From contig JAUHYY010000002.1 of assembly GCA_030426295.1 (NCBI GenBank), positions 1 to 35,326 on the forward strand: a stretch of 35,326 bases of DNA. The letters run 5' to 3'. The position numbers were made by a program, and so were the translations under genes. Shown here piece after piece: positions 16,999 through 23,853 of this stretch (its first letter is position 1; the number at the start of each line of letters is the position of its first letter). A model generated the notes under the pieces. The model did no database searches. It worked only from the letters and a program-made list of their open reading frames with translations, and was not told where the DNA came from. The stretch comes from a bacterium. GTDB lineage: Bacteria; Patescibacteriota; Gracilibacteria; UBA1369; GCA-2718715.

Positions 16999-17086
16999 AT
17001 TCGTGACTTTTCTTGCGTATCATCTATGGAACGCAAAATAAACCGTGTTCCACTTTAGTACATATGTGGAACGCACAGTGAATATA

Positions 17087-17195
17087 CTTACCATTTATAA
17101 AGGGTCTGTTTGGTGAGTAGTATTTACCTTTATTAAGCCGATATGTAGACTTGGGTGGTAGAAATTTAGTTCTGTCTCGAGGGGTACACCCGTGT
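17087..17195. repeat. 109-nt direct repeat, copy 2 (internal att-like site)
   Basis: cttaccatttataaagggtct…gaggggtacacccgtgt is about 91% identical to 15603-15711. It is not preceded by tRNA sequence. Confidence 0.8.
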
Positions 17196-17203
17196 AGAGT
17201 ATA

Positions 17204-17788
17204 TTAGCATATTTCTTTTTGTATTTCTGATAAAGCCTCTTCGTATTTAGTGGTAACTTTATGAAAAAGATTCTCTTTATTATAGTATTTTTCGAGAAAC
17301 TTTAAAAATTCTGGTGCAACCTCCGAATCTTTCTTTATTTCGTTTAAAATATTCTTGAAATTTTTTTTGTTAGAAATTGAGTTTAGGAAGCAAATTGCGT
17401 CTATATTTCGCACTTTTTCTTGTTCAGTTAGCATCGTGAGAGTGATTTCCATGTCATAAAATTCCTTTACAGCTTTTTTGAATTCTAATACTTTTTTGTA
17501 TACATTATTTGAATTGAATATTTTAAATTCTTCTAAATAATCCAATTTTAGTATTAATTCATATTGGAGTGCTGTAGCTTCTGCTTCGCTTTTGATGTTA
17601 GTTTTTAATGTTTCTAAAGTAGTCTTTGCAACAATATTTGCCCCAGTTTGAATGAATTTCTTTAAAAGAGATATTTTTATTTCTATTTTATGTTTATTAA
17701 TATCAAGTTTATATGAAAACCAAGCTGTATATACTCTTGTGAATATACCTGCTAGATATGAAATGAGGGCAATTATGAGATATTCCAT
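17204..17788 (-). CDS. Hypothetical protein with an N-terminal TM helix and a long helical region, 194 aa
   Basis: MEYLIIALISYLAGIFTRVYTAWF (TM) followed by a Lys/Glu-rich helical sequence. Island cargo; no recognisable motif. Confidence 0.55.
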   Translation of the reverse strand: MEYLIIALISYLAGIFTRVYTAWFSYKLDINKHKIEIKISLLKKFIQTGANIVAKTTLETLKTNIKSEAEATALQYELILKLDYLEEFKIFNSNNVYKKVLEFKKAVKEFYDMEITLTMLTEQEKVRNIDAICFLNSISNKKNFKNILNEIKKDSEVAPEFLKFLEKYYNKENLFHKVTTKYEEALSEIQKEIC

Positions 17789-18222
17789 ATGAGTTCAAAA
17801 ATTGAATATAGTGATCATTGAAAATGATATAGGTGTCCAAGTTAATTTTACTCTAACTAAAATGGAGTCTATTCTCAATGTGTAGTAAGTATGGATGCAG
17901 CAAAGATAAAGATGAGTTATTTGGATTTATAAATTTATGGATTTTAATTTTGTGATTTAGAGAAAAAGGTATTAAAGGGTAAGGCTTTAGCGCGTGAGCA
18001 GGATAATGTTAATCGAGTGGCAGATTTCCAGTTGGCTAAGCGTGGAGATGTTGATGATAAATTGAAATGGCTTCACTATGATCATGAAAAACAAATTTTT
18101 CATATGGTTCATTTAATGACAATTATAACATATTTTCCAGTACTACTTATTATACTGAGTCAAGTTATTGATATTTCATTCCTTAGATTGCTTATTGCAG
18201 GTCTTTGAGGTACTTTTGAATC

Positions 18223-18341
18223 GTACCCCATATGCCGTTTTGCACGAATTCCTGATTTATTCACTTCACCCGATAGCGGGTAGAGGCGGGTAGGTCAGGT
18301 CCGCTATCTTAGGTCTTCGTGATCGATGGTATGTGGGGTAC
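18223..18341. other. About 120-nt inverted-repeat / highly structured element (candidate ncRNA, MITE-like element or recombination site)
   Basis: 11-bp terminal pairing GTACCCCATAT (18223-18233) / ATGTGGGGTAC (18331-18341). Inner 8-bp pairing GATAGCGG (18272-18279) / CCGCTATC (18301-18308). Tandem GCGGGTAG x2 (18276-18283, 18285-18292). CCTACCC (18347-18353) is complementary to GGGTAGG (18287-18293). Confidence 0.5.
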
Positions 18342-18377
18342 ACCTGCCTACCCACTTTTGTTATTTAATTAAAATTT

Positions 18378-18623
18378 ATGAAGTTTAAATTTAGGCCTGC
18401 TAAAAAGTTTTTTATATATTTCTACTTAAGTATCTTGATTGTAAGTAGTTTTTATTGGTTTGAGTTTAGGCCAATTCATATAAGGGTTGAATGTTCTAAT
18501 GAGACTCGAGAAGCTATGAAGGAATCTTTACAGGGACTTGATTCTAATGATATTCAAGGTGTAGCTACATTTATAAGTTTATATTTTGACCTTTGTTTAG
18601 CTGACCATGGTCTTGAAAGGTAG
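18378..18623 (+). CDS. Small membrane protein, 81 aa
   Basis: One TM segment (FFIYFYLSILIVSSFYWF). Island cargo; no recognisable motif. Confidence 0.4.
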   Translation: MKFKFRPAKKFFIYFYLSILIVSSFYWFEFRPIHIRVECSNETREAMKESLQGLDSNDIQGVATFISLYFDLCLADHGLER

Positions 18624-18760
18624 TTGTTTCAGAGGGGCATTAAACTATTATGTCATTGTTTTATATATTAGTATTTATTGATTCTTTTAGTTTGTAAGAG
18701 TTATCTTTTCGTACTTAAACAATAATAAAGTTCTTACTGCAATGCTGTAGCATGAGCATT

Positions 18761-18790
18761 TTGCATTTTTGTAATGTGATATAGTATAAT
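18761..18790 (+). promoter_or_regulatory. Candidate promoter of the internal recombinase gene
   Basis: TTGCAT (18761-18766), an 18-nt spacer, TATAAT (18785-18790), 36 nt before ATG 18826. Confidence 0.4.
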
Positions 18791-18825
18791 TTAGTTACAT
18801 ATCAACAGGCGAAATTTTATTTATT

Positions 18826-19803
18826 ATGAATAAAGGTTTGCCTATAACTATTTATAAACAGAGTGATAGTTCTAAAGATGGTAAGAGATCCATTTGGTTC
18901 TTTTGGGATCAATTTTCTTATATGTATTTAAGGACAGGTAGAAGTGAAGTTACTGTTAAGTCTGTTAAGAGTACTTTAAAGTTTATCACTTCAAATACTT
19001 CTATTTTTTCTATAGAAGACTTGAATAACCCGAGATTGGTTGAAGACTCGTTATTCCATTTAAAGGAAGTGAGAGGGTTTTCAAATTGTACTTATAATTC
19101 GTACAGGAAGAATATTGGTATATTTCTTAATTGGCTCGAGAAGTATGATTACTTGTCTGTAAATAACATTCATAAGGTTGAAAAGTGTAAGTCTAGAATT
19201 GTTGAACAGTTAGTATTAAAGGATGAGGATATTGCTTTAGTTATTACACATATAAGAACTCAATGTGGTTCTAGATTATTAAGATTACGAAATGGTTTCT
19301 TTATTGATTTACTTAGATTTACTGGAGCTCGTTTATGTGAGTTGATGGATTTAAAAGTATCTAATATAACAAAACTTAAAAATGGAGAGTATCGTTTGGT
19401 TATCAGTGGTAGAAAGCAGAAAGGTAGAAATAGATATTATAGGTTAGATTCTTGGGTGCGTGATTCTTATCTAGAGTATATGGAGTACAGAAATAAGCTG
19501 GGTAGAAAAGAAGATAATTTATTTATATCTCAGTCTAAGAGAACGGGATGGACCTCTAAAGGAGTGACAAAATTTTTAAGGAGGATGTCAAAAGAAATTG
19601 GAGTTAATGTTACTTCTTATGGTTTTCGACGGTATGTAGCTACAAAACTGTATTTACGAGGTGTAGAGTTGAGGCAAATAGCTGACTATCTAGGTCATAC
19701 TAGGCTAACAACTACTATGAGGTATGTTGAGAGATGCAGTTTATTGACTGAAAATTGTGGGAAGGTTCTTTTAGGTTGTGTTGATGAGTATGAAGCTAGT
19801 TGA
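18826..19803 (+). CDS. Tyrosine recombinase / phage-type integrase (divergent)
   Basis: Catalytic-domain landmarks: LLRFTGARLCEL (Arg I), YGFRRYVAT (box II with Tyr in place of the usual first His), LGHTRLTTTMRYV (His and Tyr nucleophile). The N-terminal SAM-like core-binding region is plausible. Confidence 0.8.
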   Translation: MNKGLPITIYKQSDSSKDGKRSIWFFWDQFSYMYLRTGRSEVTVKSVKSTLKFITSNTSIFSIEDLNNPRLVEDSLFHLKEVRGFSNCTYNSYRKNIGIFLNWLEKYDYLSVNNIHKVEKCKSRIVEQLVLKDEDIALVITHIRTQCGSRLLRLRNGFFIDLLRFTGARLCELMDLKVSNITKLKNGEYRLVISGRKQKGRNRYYRLDSWVRDSYLEYMEYRNKLGRKEDNLFISQSKRTGWTSKGVTKFLRRMSKEIGVNVTSYGFRRYVATKLYLRGVELRQIADYLGHTRLTTTMRYVERCSLLTENCGKVLLGCVDEYEAS

Positions 19804-19885
19804 TTTGTTGTTCTTTGAAATATTATTTAAAAATCTGTAATATCTAATACTTATTGTGTGTTTTAGATATAACTCATTCGTGTTT

Positions 19886-21001
19886 ATGGATATTCAAAAG
19901 TGTATAGATTGTGAATCTGACTTAGTTGGCGCAGATGTAATCCCTGATTTTTCTAATAAACATATGGATTTAAAATGTCCAAAATGTGGTTATACTATCC
20001 AGTATTCGTTACCAGAGTTAGATAGAAAGGTAATATATTTAGATTCAAATTTTTTAATTAATGCATCGCATGGTGATGTAAATTATTTAAGAATTTATGA
20101 AAAATTGAAACATCTCACTTATACAAAACAAATGGTTATATGTCCTAATTCAGAAGTTCATGAATATGAAGTTTATGGCAGTCCAGCAGGTGATTTTTTA
20201 TTTACTTTGAATGCAGGTATTGGTTTTTCTTATACAGATTCATTATCTAAACTTCAGATTTTTCGTGCTTTTAAAAATTTTCTTTTAGAAAGTAAATCTC
20301 CGTTATATTTGAAAGAAGATTTTTTAGAATCTTCCCCTCAATGGAACTTGCTGAGACGTGGAGGTGCGTGGTCTCATACAAAAATTGTAAAAGACAAAGA
20401 TAAGATTGTAAGAGAATTAGCATCCATTCGTGATGGAAGGTGGTGCAAAGGTGCGGTTATGGAGGATATATTTCAGCATGAGTATTTAGGTTTTTTAAAG
20501 CTCGAAATTGATCGATATGCGCAAAATAGAAGTGGAATGTGCTCTCCAAGTGCGCGTATTTATTCTATAGTCGATTTATTACGGACTAATGGTTATATCC
20601 AAAAGGATATAGTCCATGCATTGAATTCGTTTTGTATTTATATTGGTTATAATTATATCCCTAAATTATTAATAGAGGCAGCATTATTTACTGGTTATGC
20701 TTATGATTATGTGAAAGGAAGTAAGACTAGTATAGATGGAAATACACTTTATGATATCTGGTTTTTAGGTTCTTATTTACCTTTTTGTGATGCAATGTTC
20801 ATAGATAAGCCAATGTTTAATTTGATAAATCAGATAAAAAGTAATCCAGGTAGTCGAGGAGTTCCAGATATAGATGAATATTGTTGCACGAATCTTTTTA
20901 TCCACTCAACTTTGGATGAATTTGAAAATTACTTGGATGATTTAGAGTCAGGATATAAGTATCAAGAAGTTTCAGATAAAATAGGTGTATATTATCCTTA
21001 A
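19886..21001 (+). CDS. Orphan protein with an N-terminal CxxC…CxxC zinc ribbon, 371 aa
   Basis: MDIQKCIDCES…LKCPKCGYTIQY, then VIYLDSNFLINA… and near the C-terminus LGSYLPFCDAMFIDKP, which is reminiscent of PIN-like acidic positions (tentative). ATG 19886 preferred over the track's TTG 19856. Its stop overlaps the stop of the convergent integrase (TTAA). Confidence 0.7.
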   Translation: MDIQKCIDCESDLVGADVIPDFSNKHMDLKCPKCGYTIQYSLPELDRKVIYLDSNFLINASHGDVNYLRIYEKLKHLTYTKQMVICPNSEVHEYEVYGSPAGDFLFTLNAGIGFSYTDSLSKLQIFRAFKNFLLESKSPLYLKEDFLESSPQWNLLRRGGAWSHTKIVKDKDKIVRELASIRDGRWCKGAVMEDIFQHEYLGFLKLEIDRYAQNRSGMCSPSARIYSIVDLLRTNGYIQKDIVHALNSFCIYIGYNYIPKLLIEAALFTGYAYDYVKGSKTSIDGNTLYDIWFLGSYLPFCDAMFIDKPMFNLINQIKSNPGSRGVPDIDEYCCTNLFIHSTLDEFENYLDDLESGYKYQEVSDKIGVYYP

Positions 21002-21894
21002 TTCAGCAAATGCATTTCAATAGATTTACTCATCTGATGGTCAGAGCAGTATAGATATATTGTAGTCGTTGTTATTTTGCTGTGTCCCATGATTTTAGAC
21101 AAAGTGTATATATCGCATCCACCTTCAAGCATAAGAGTTGCGAAAGAGTGCCTGAGAGTGTGAGCTGAGAAGTCTAGTTTTGTTTTGTCTCTTAGTTTCT
21201 TTATCAGGTTGTTGATTCCTTTGTTACCGAAAGGTTTTGGTTTGTGAAGAGATAAAAAGAAGTAGGTTAGTTCTGCATACTTTAGTTTATCTCTGTGTTT
21301 AGTAAATTCTTTTAGGTAAGTATATAGTTTCATGTTCATAGGAATCATTCTATCTTTTCCTCCTTTACCTTGATTAATGAAGATAGTTCGTTTTTCAAAG
21401 CAAATATCATTCATCATTAGATTGCCTACCTCTGACTTACGTAATCCTGCAAAGAGCATAATTGCGATTACAGCTCTATTCCTTATACTTTCGTATTTGT
21501 ACCTATATCTCATGTGGTAGCTAGTATCTAGTACTAATTGTGCCTGTTCTCGTGATAACGTTCTTGGTAGTTTCTTTTCAAGTTTAGGTTTTTCTATAGA
21601 AGCTACATGGTTCTCTTCGATGTAGTTTTTCTCTACTAACCATTTAGCAAAACAGTTTAAATGTTTGTGGTGACTTCTAAAAGTCTCTGCTTGCCATTTT
21701 CGATTAAGTCTTCCTTTGTAGAACCATTGTTCAATGACTTCTTGGTTTAGTTCGCTAATATATTTGATTCCTTGGTCTTTCAGGAATAGTTTAACCGTGC
21801 ATTTGTAGCCATTGGTAGTGTGAGGGCTATAGTTTTTGATGATTGAGCAGTAGTTGAGGTAATTCTCAAATACTTCCATAAGTGAAATTTCCAT
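20998..21894 (-). CDS. int: Tyrosine recombinase / integrase (XerC/D-like), adjacent to tRNA-Thr
   Basis: AGLRKSEVGNL (Arg I), HTLRHSFATLML (H-x-x-R), MGHSKITTTTIYLY (His, Tyr nucleophile). It starts 46 nt from the 3' end of the tRNA. Confidence 0.88.
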   Translation of the reverse strand: MEISLMEVFENYLNYCSIIKNYSPHTTNGYKCTVKLFLKDQGIKYISELNQEVIEQWFYKGRLNRKWQAETFRSHHKHLNCFAKWLVEKNYIEENHVASIEKPKLEKKLPRTLSREQAQLVLDTSYHMRYRYKYESIRNRAVIAIMLFAGLRKSEVGNLMMNDICFEKRTIFINQGKGGKDRMIPMNMKLYTYLKEFTKHRDKLKYAELTYFFLSLHKPKPFGNKGINNLIKKLRDKTKLDFSAHTLRHSFATLMLEGGCDIYTLSKIMGHSKITTTTIYLYCSDHQMSKSIEMHLLN

Positions 21895-21939
21895 AATACG
21901 TAGGTTATATATTATGGATGCACGCCCTAGATGGCTTTA

Positions 21940-21985
21940 TGGAGCCACCGACGAGAGTTGAACTCGTGACCTTCACCTTACCATG
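21940..21985 (-). repeat. Proximal att repeat (inside the functional tRNA-Thr)
   Basis: Identical 46 nt to 15566-15611. Identity ends inside the anticodon loop (…cttaccatg). Confidence 0.85.
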
Positions 21986-22015
21986 GTGCTGCTCTACCAA
22001 CTGAGCTACGGCGGC
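21940..22015 (-). tRNA. tRNA-Thr (anticodon GGU), CCA encoded
   Basis: Minus strand GCCGCCG-TA-GCTC-AGTTGGTA-GAGC-A-GCACC-ATGGTAA-GGTGA-AGGTC-ACGAG-TTCAACT-CTCGT-CGGTGGC-T-CCA. It folds as a cloverleaf with one G4:U69 wobble and a 27:43 G/A mismatch. Loop ATGGTAA gives anticodon GGT. Confidence 0.9.
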
Positions 22016-22132
22016 TTATTTTTGAAGAGTCGATAGGTACTCTTCTTCGGGGGTGTGTTATTGACTAGTTTTCAATGTCCGATTATACTGATTGGTTAGG
22101 GACGGAAGCTACTTTGAGTGGAGGGGTACTCC

Positions 22133-22172
22133 CTTACCATGGGAACGCTCTACCAACTGAGCTACGGTGGCT
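22133..22172 (-). pseudogene. Orphan 5' half of a second tRNA-Thr(GGU) (positions 1 to ~43), no T-arm or 3' acceptor strand
   Basis: Minus strand GCCACCG-TA-GCTC-AGTTGGTA-GAGC-G-TTCCC-ATGGTAA-GGGAG, followed by unrelated TACCCCTCCACTCAAAG…. It lies 117 nt upstream of the intact tRNA. Confidence 0.7.
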
Positions 22173-22267
22173 TTTGGTTTTCCGCTATTTGCTAGGGGAA
22201 TATACCTTTTAATCTAAGGGTTTTTCAACTTAAAAATCCTTGACTATAAAACTTAAAGCAAGATACC

Positions 22268-22296
22268 TTGCATTACATAGTACTGTGTGATAACAT
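22268..22296 (+). promoter_or_regulatory. Candidate padR promoter with a palindromic operator in the spacer
   Basis: TTGCAT (22268-22273), a 17-nt spacer, TAACAT (22291-22296). The spacer contains the near-perfect palindrome ACATAGTACTGTGT (22275-22288). ATG at 22303. Confidence 0.4.
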
Positions 22297-22302
22297 GTAG
22301 TC

Positions 22303-22647
22303 ATGGATTACTTAGAAAACATACAGGCGCAGATTAAAAAAGGCTTACTGGAGTACTCAATCCTACTTATTATTAAGAAGGGTAAGGTGTATGCTTCAGA
22401 TATTATTGAGAAGCTTAAAGATACAGAGCTGATAGTTGTAGAGGGGACTTTGTATCCGCTTTTGAGTCGTCTTCGAAAAAATGAACTTGTTGAGTATGAG
22501 TGGAAGGAGTCAAAAAGTGGTCCTCCTAGAAAGTATTATAAGCTTACGAAAAAAGGTGAAACTGCGCTTAAGAGTCTGACTAAGACTTGGGGTGCTTTGC
22601 ATAAATCAATTAACTCTCTAATAAAGAAAAATGAAAAAAGTAGTTAA
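22303..22647 (+). CDS. PadR-family transcriptional regulator
   Basis: LEYSILLIIKKGKVYASDIIEKL…VEGTLYPLLSRLRKNELVEYEWKES…PRKYYKLTKKGE is the typical PadR winged HTH. Confidence 0.88.
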   Translation: MDYLENIQAQIKKGLLEYSILLIIKKGKVYASDIIEKLKDTELIVVEGTLYPLLSRLRKNELVEYEWKESKSGPPRKYYKLTKKGETALKSLTKTWGALHKSINSLIKKNEKSS

Positions 22648-23797
22648 CATAACAATAGGGGGCATAGTCTTTAATGTTGAAGAAGATGCTTACAAGAAGC
22701 TTTCAAAATACTTAAGTGATATCTCTGAACATTTCAGTAAAGATGATGATAAAGATGAAATTATTTCAGATATCGAAATAAGTATCGCTGAAAAATTTAA
22801 TGCTAAAAAACGACCTGTGAATTCGGCTATTACAGTTAGCGATGTTGATAAGGTGATTGATGAAATGGGTGCAGCAAAAGATTTCAAAGAGGTAGCTGAT
22901 CAAGATCCAGGTAATCAAGAAGAAGACTTTGATGGTTTTGAGAGTAAGAAGCTTTATAGAGATACAGATGATCAGATTATTGCTGGGGTTGCCTCTGGTT
23001 TGGCAGCATATTTTGGGATTGATACTGTGATTGCTAGATTGATTTTCTTTATTTCTGTGTTCTTTGGAGGATTTGGTGTGATTTTATATATTGTGCTTTG
23101 GATTATTGTGAAGCCTGCAAATACTACTGCCCAAAAGTTAAATATGAGAGGTGAGAAGATTACTTTGAAAGAGATTGAAAAGTCAGTAAAGAAAGGGGTA
23201 GATAATCTAAAAAAAAACGATGGTAAATTCCTGAAAGAGGTGAGAGGTTTTTTAGATAGATTTTTTAGACTTCTGGGTCGTTTAGTTGGGCCTTTCGCTG
23301 AATTTTTGAGAATTGTTGTAGGTCTAGGGTTTGTGATTGCTGGTGTGTCAGGAGTATGTGTGCTGAGCTTTGGTATGGCTTGGATGCTTTCTGGCGCAGA
23401 GATTCCATTTACTCAGTATGTTTTGACTGATTTTTTGGTGCTCAATGAATATATGTATTCTTTATTTAATTTCTCAGTTTACTATTTGGTGCTGTTTCCC
23501 TTGATTCTGTTGTGTGTTGTAGGGGTAAGTATGCTTAAAAAGAAGCTTGTGACTAGTGGAGCTCTTATGATGGTGCTGCTAATTATGTGGTTTGCTGTTA
23601 TTGGGTTTATTGGTTCTGTGTTCATGCAGAATGCAGAGAATATTGAAGAGCAGGTTAAGATTATTGAGCAGCTTAATGAAAAGAATATTACAGTTGAGAT
23701 TGATGAGGGTGGTCAGGTTAGAAGGGTAGAGATTAAGGCTCCTGACGTTCCTGATAATTTAGTTTTACCACCTAATCCAGATTCCCCAGAATTATAG
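22631..23797 (+). CDS. PspC-domain membrane protein
   Basis: KKLYRDTDDQIIAGVASGLAAYFGIDTVIARLIFFISVFFGGFGVILYIVLWIIV is the PspC domain, followed by further TM segments. Overlaps padR by 17 nt (the common padR-pspC pairing). Confidence 0.82.
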   Translation: MKKVVNITIGGIVFNVEEDAYKKLSKYLSDISEHFSKDDDKDEIISDIEISIAEKFNAKKRPVNSAITVSDVDKVIDEMGAAKDFKEVADQDPGNQEEDFDGFESKKLYRDTDDQIIAGVASGLAAYFGIDTVIARLIFFISVFFGGFGVILYIVLWIIVKPANTTAQKLNMRGEKITLKEIEKSVKKGVDNLKKNDGKFLKEVRGFLDRFFRLLGRLVGPFAEFLRIVVGLGFVIAGVSGVCVLSFGMAWMLSGAEIPFTQYVLTDFLVLNEYMYSLFNFSVYYLVLFPLILLCVVGVSMLKKKLVTSGALMMVLLIMWFAVIGFIGSVFMQNAENIEEQVKIIEQLNEKNITVEIDEGGQVRRVEIKAPDVPDNLVLPPNPDSPEL

Positions 23798-23853
23798 ATT
23801 TGACAAGTAGCCGTAAATGTTTTATGGTGCCTGCTCTAAATTTAAATAAATAA

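Larger units (their letters stand above)
15566..21985. mobile_element. Integrative genomic island (composite) inserted in tRNA-Thr(GGU)
   Basis: A perfect 46-nt direct repeat (15566-15611 = 21940-21985) corresponds to tRNA positions from the anticodon loop to the CCA end. A tyrosine integrase gene lies immediately 3' of the intact tRNA. The cargo is orphan/accessory genes (Fic, second recombinase, Zn-ribbon protein, small membrane proteins). Confidence 0.8.

Noticed and set aside
15603-17195. The two 109-nt repeats as a CRISPR array or integron attC sites
   Set aside because: There are only two copies, 1.4 kb apart, too long for CRISPR repeats, and no cas genes. For the attC idea, I found no convincing internal imperfect inverted repeat (R''/L''-L'/R') and no GTTRRRY core. 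Both copies start with the tRNA anticodon-loop core, so att-site arms explain them better.
18017-18208. 63-aa GTG-initiated ORF in the island
   Set aside because: It has a non-ATG start, no ribosome-binding signal, no motif and only a weak hydrophobic tail. It could be real small cargo, but the sequence alone does not support that.
18292-18303. 12-mer AGGTCAGGTCCG, identical to the conserved 5' side of SRP (4.5S) RNA helix 8
   Set aside because: The following sequence lacks the GGAA (GNRA) tetraloop and the AGCA/GGAA symmetric-loop partner. In the best local fold the 12-mer sits in a loop rather than in a long hairpin arm, and an essential SRP RNA is unlikely to sit inside a mobile island. 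I treat it as coincidence, though an Infernal scan would settle it.
22016-22172. Orphan tRNA half plus the 117-nt spacer as an intron-containing or split tRNA
   Set aside because: The break follows the anticodon stem rather than sitting in the anticodon loop. The intervening 117 nt is too short and lacks group I intron features. What follows it is a complete tRNA rather than a matching 3' half.
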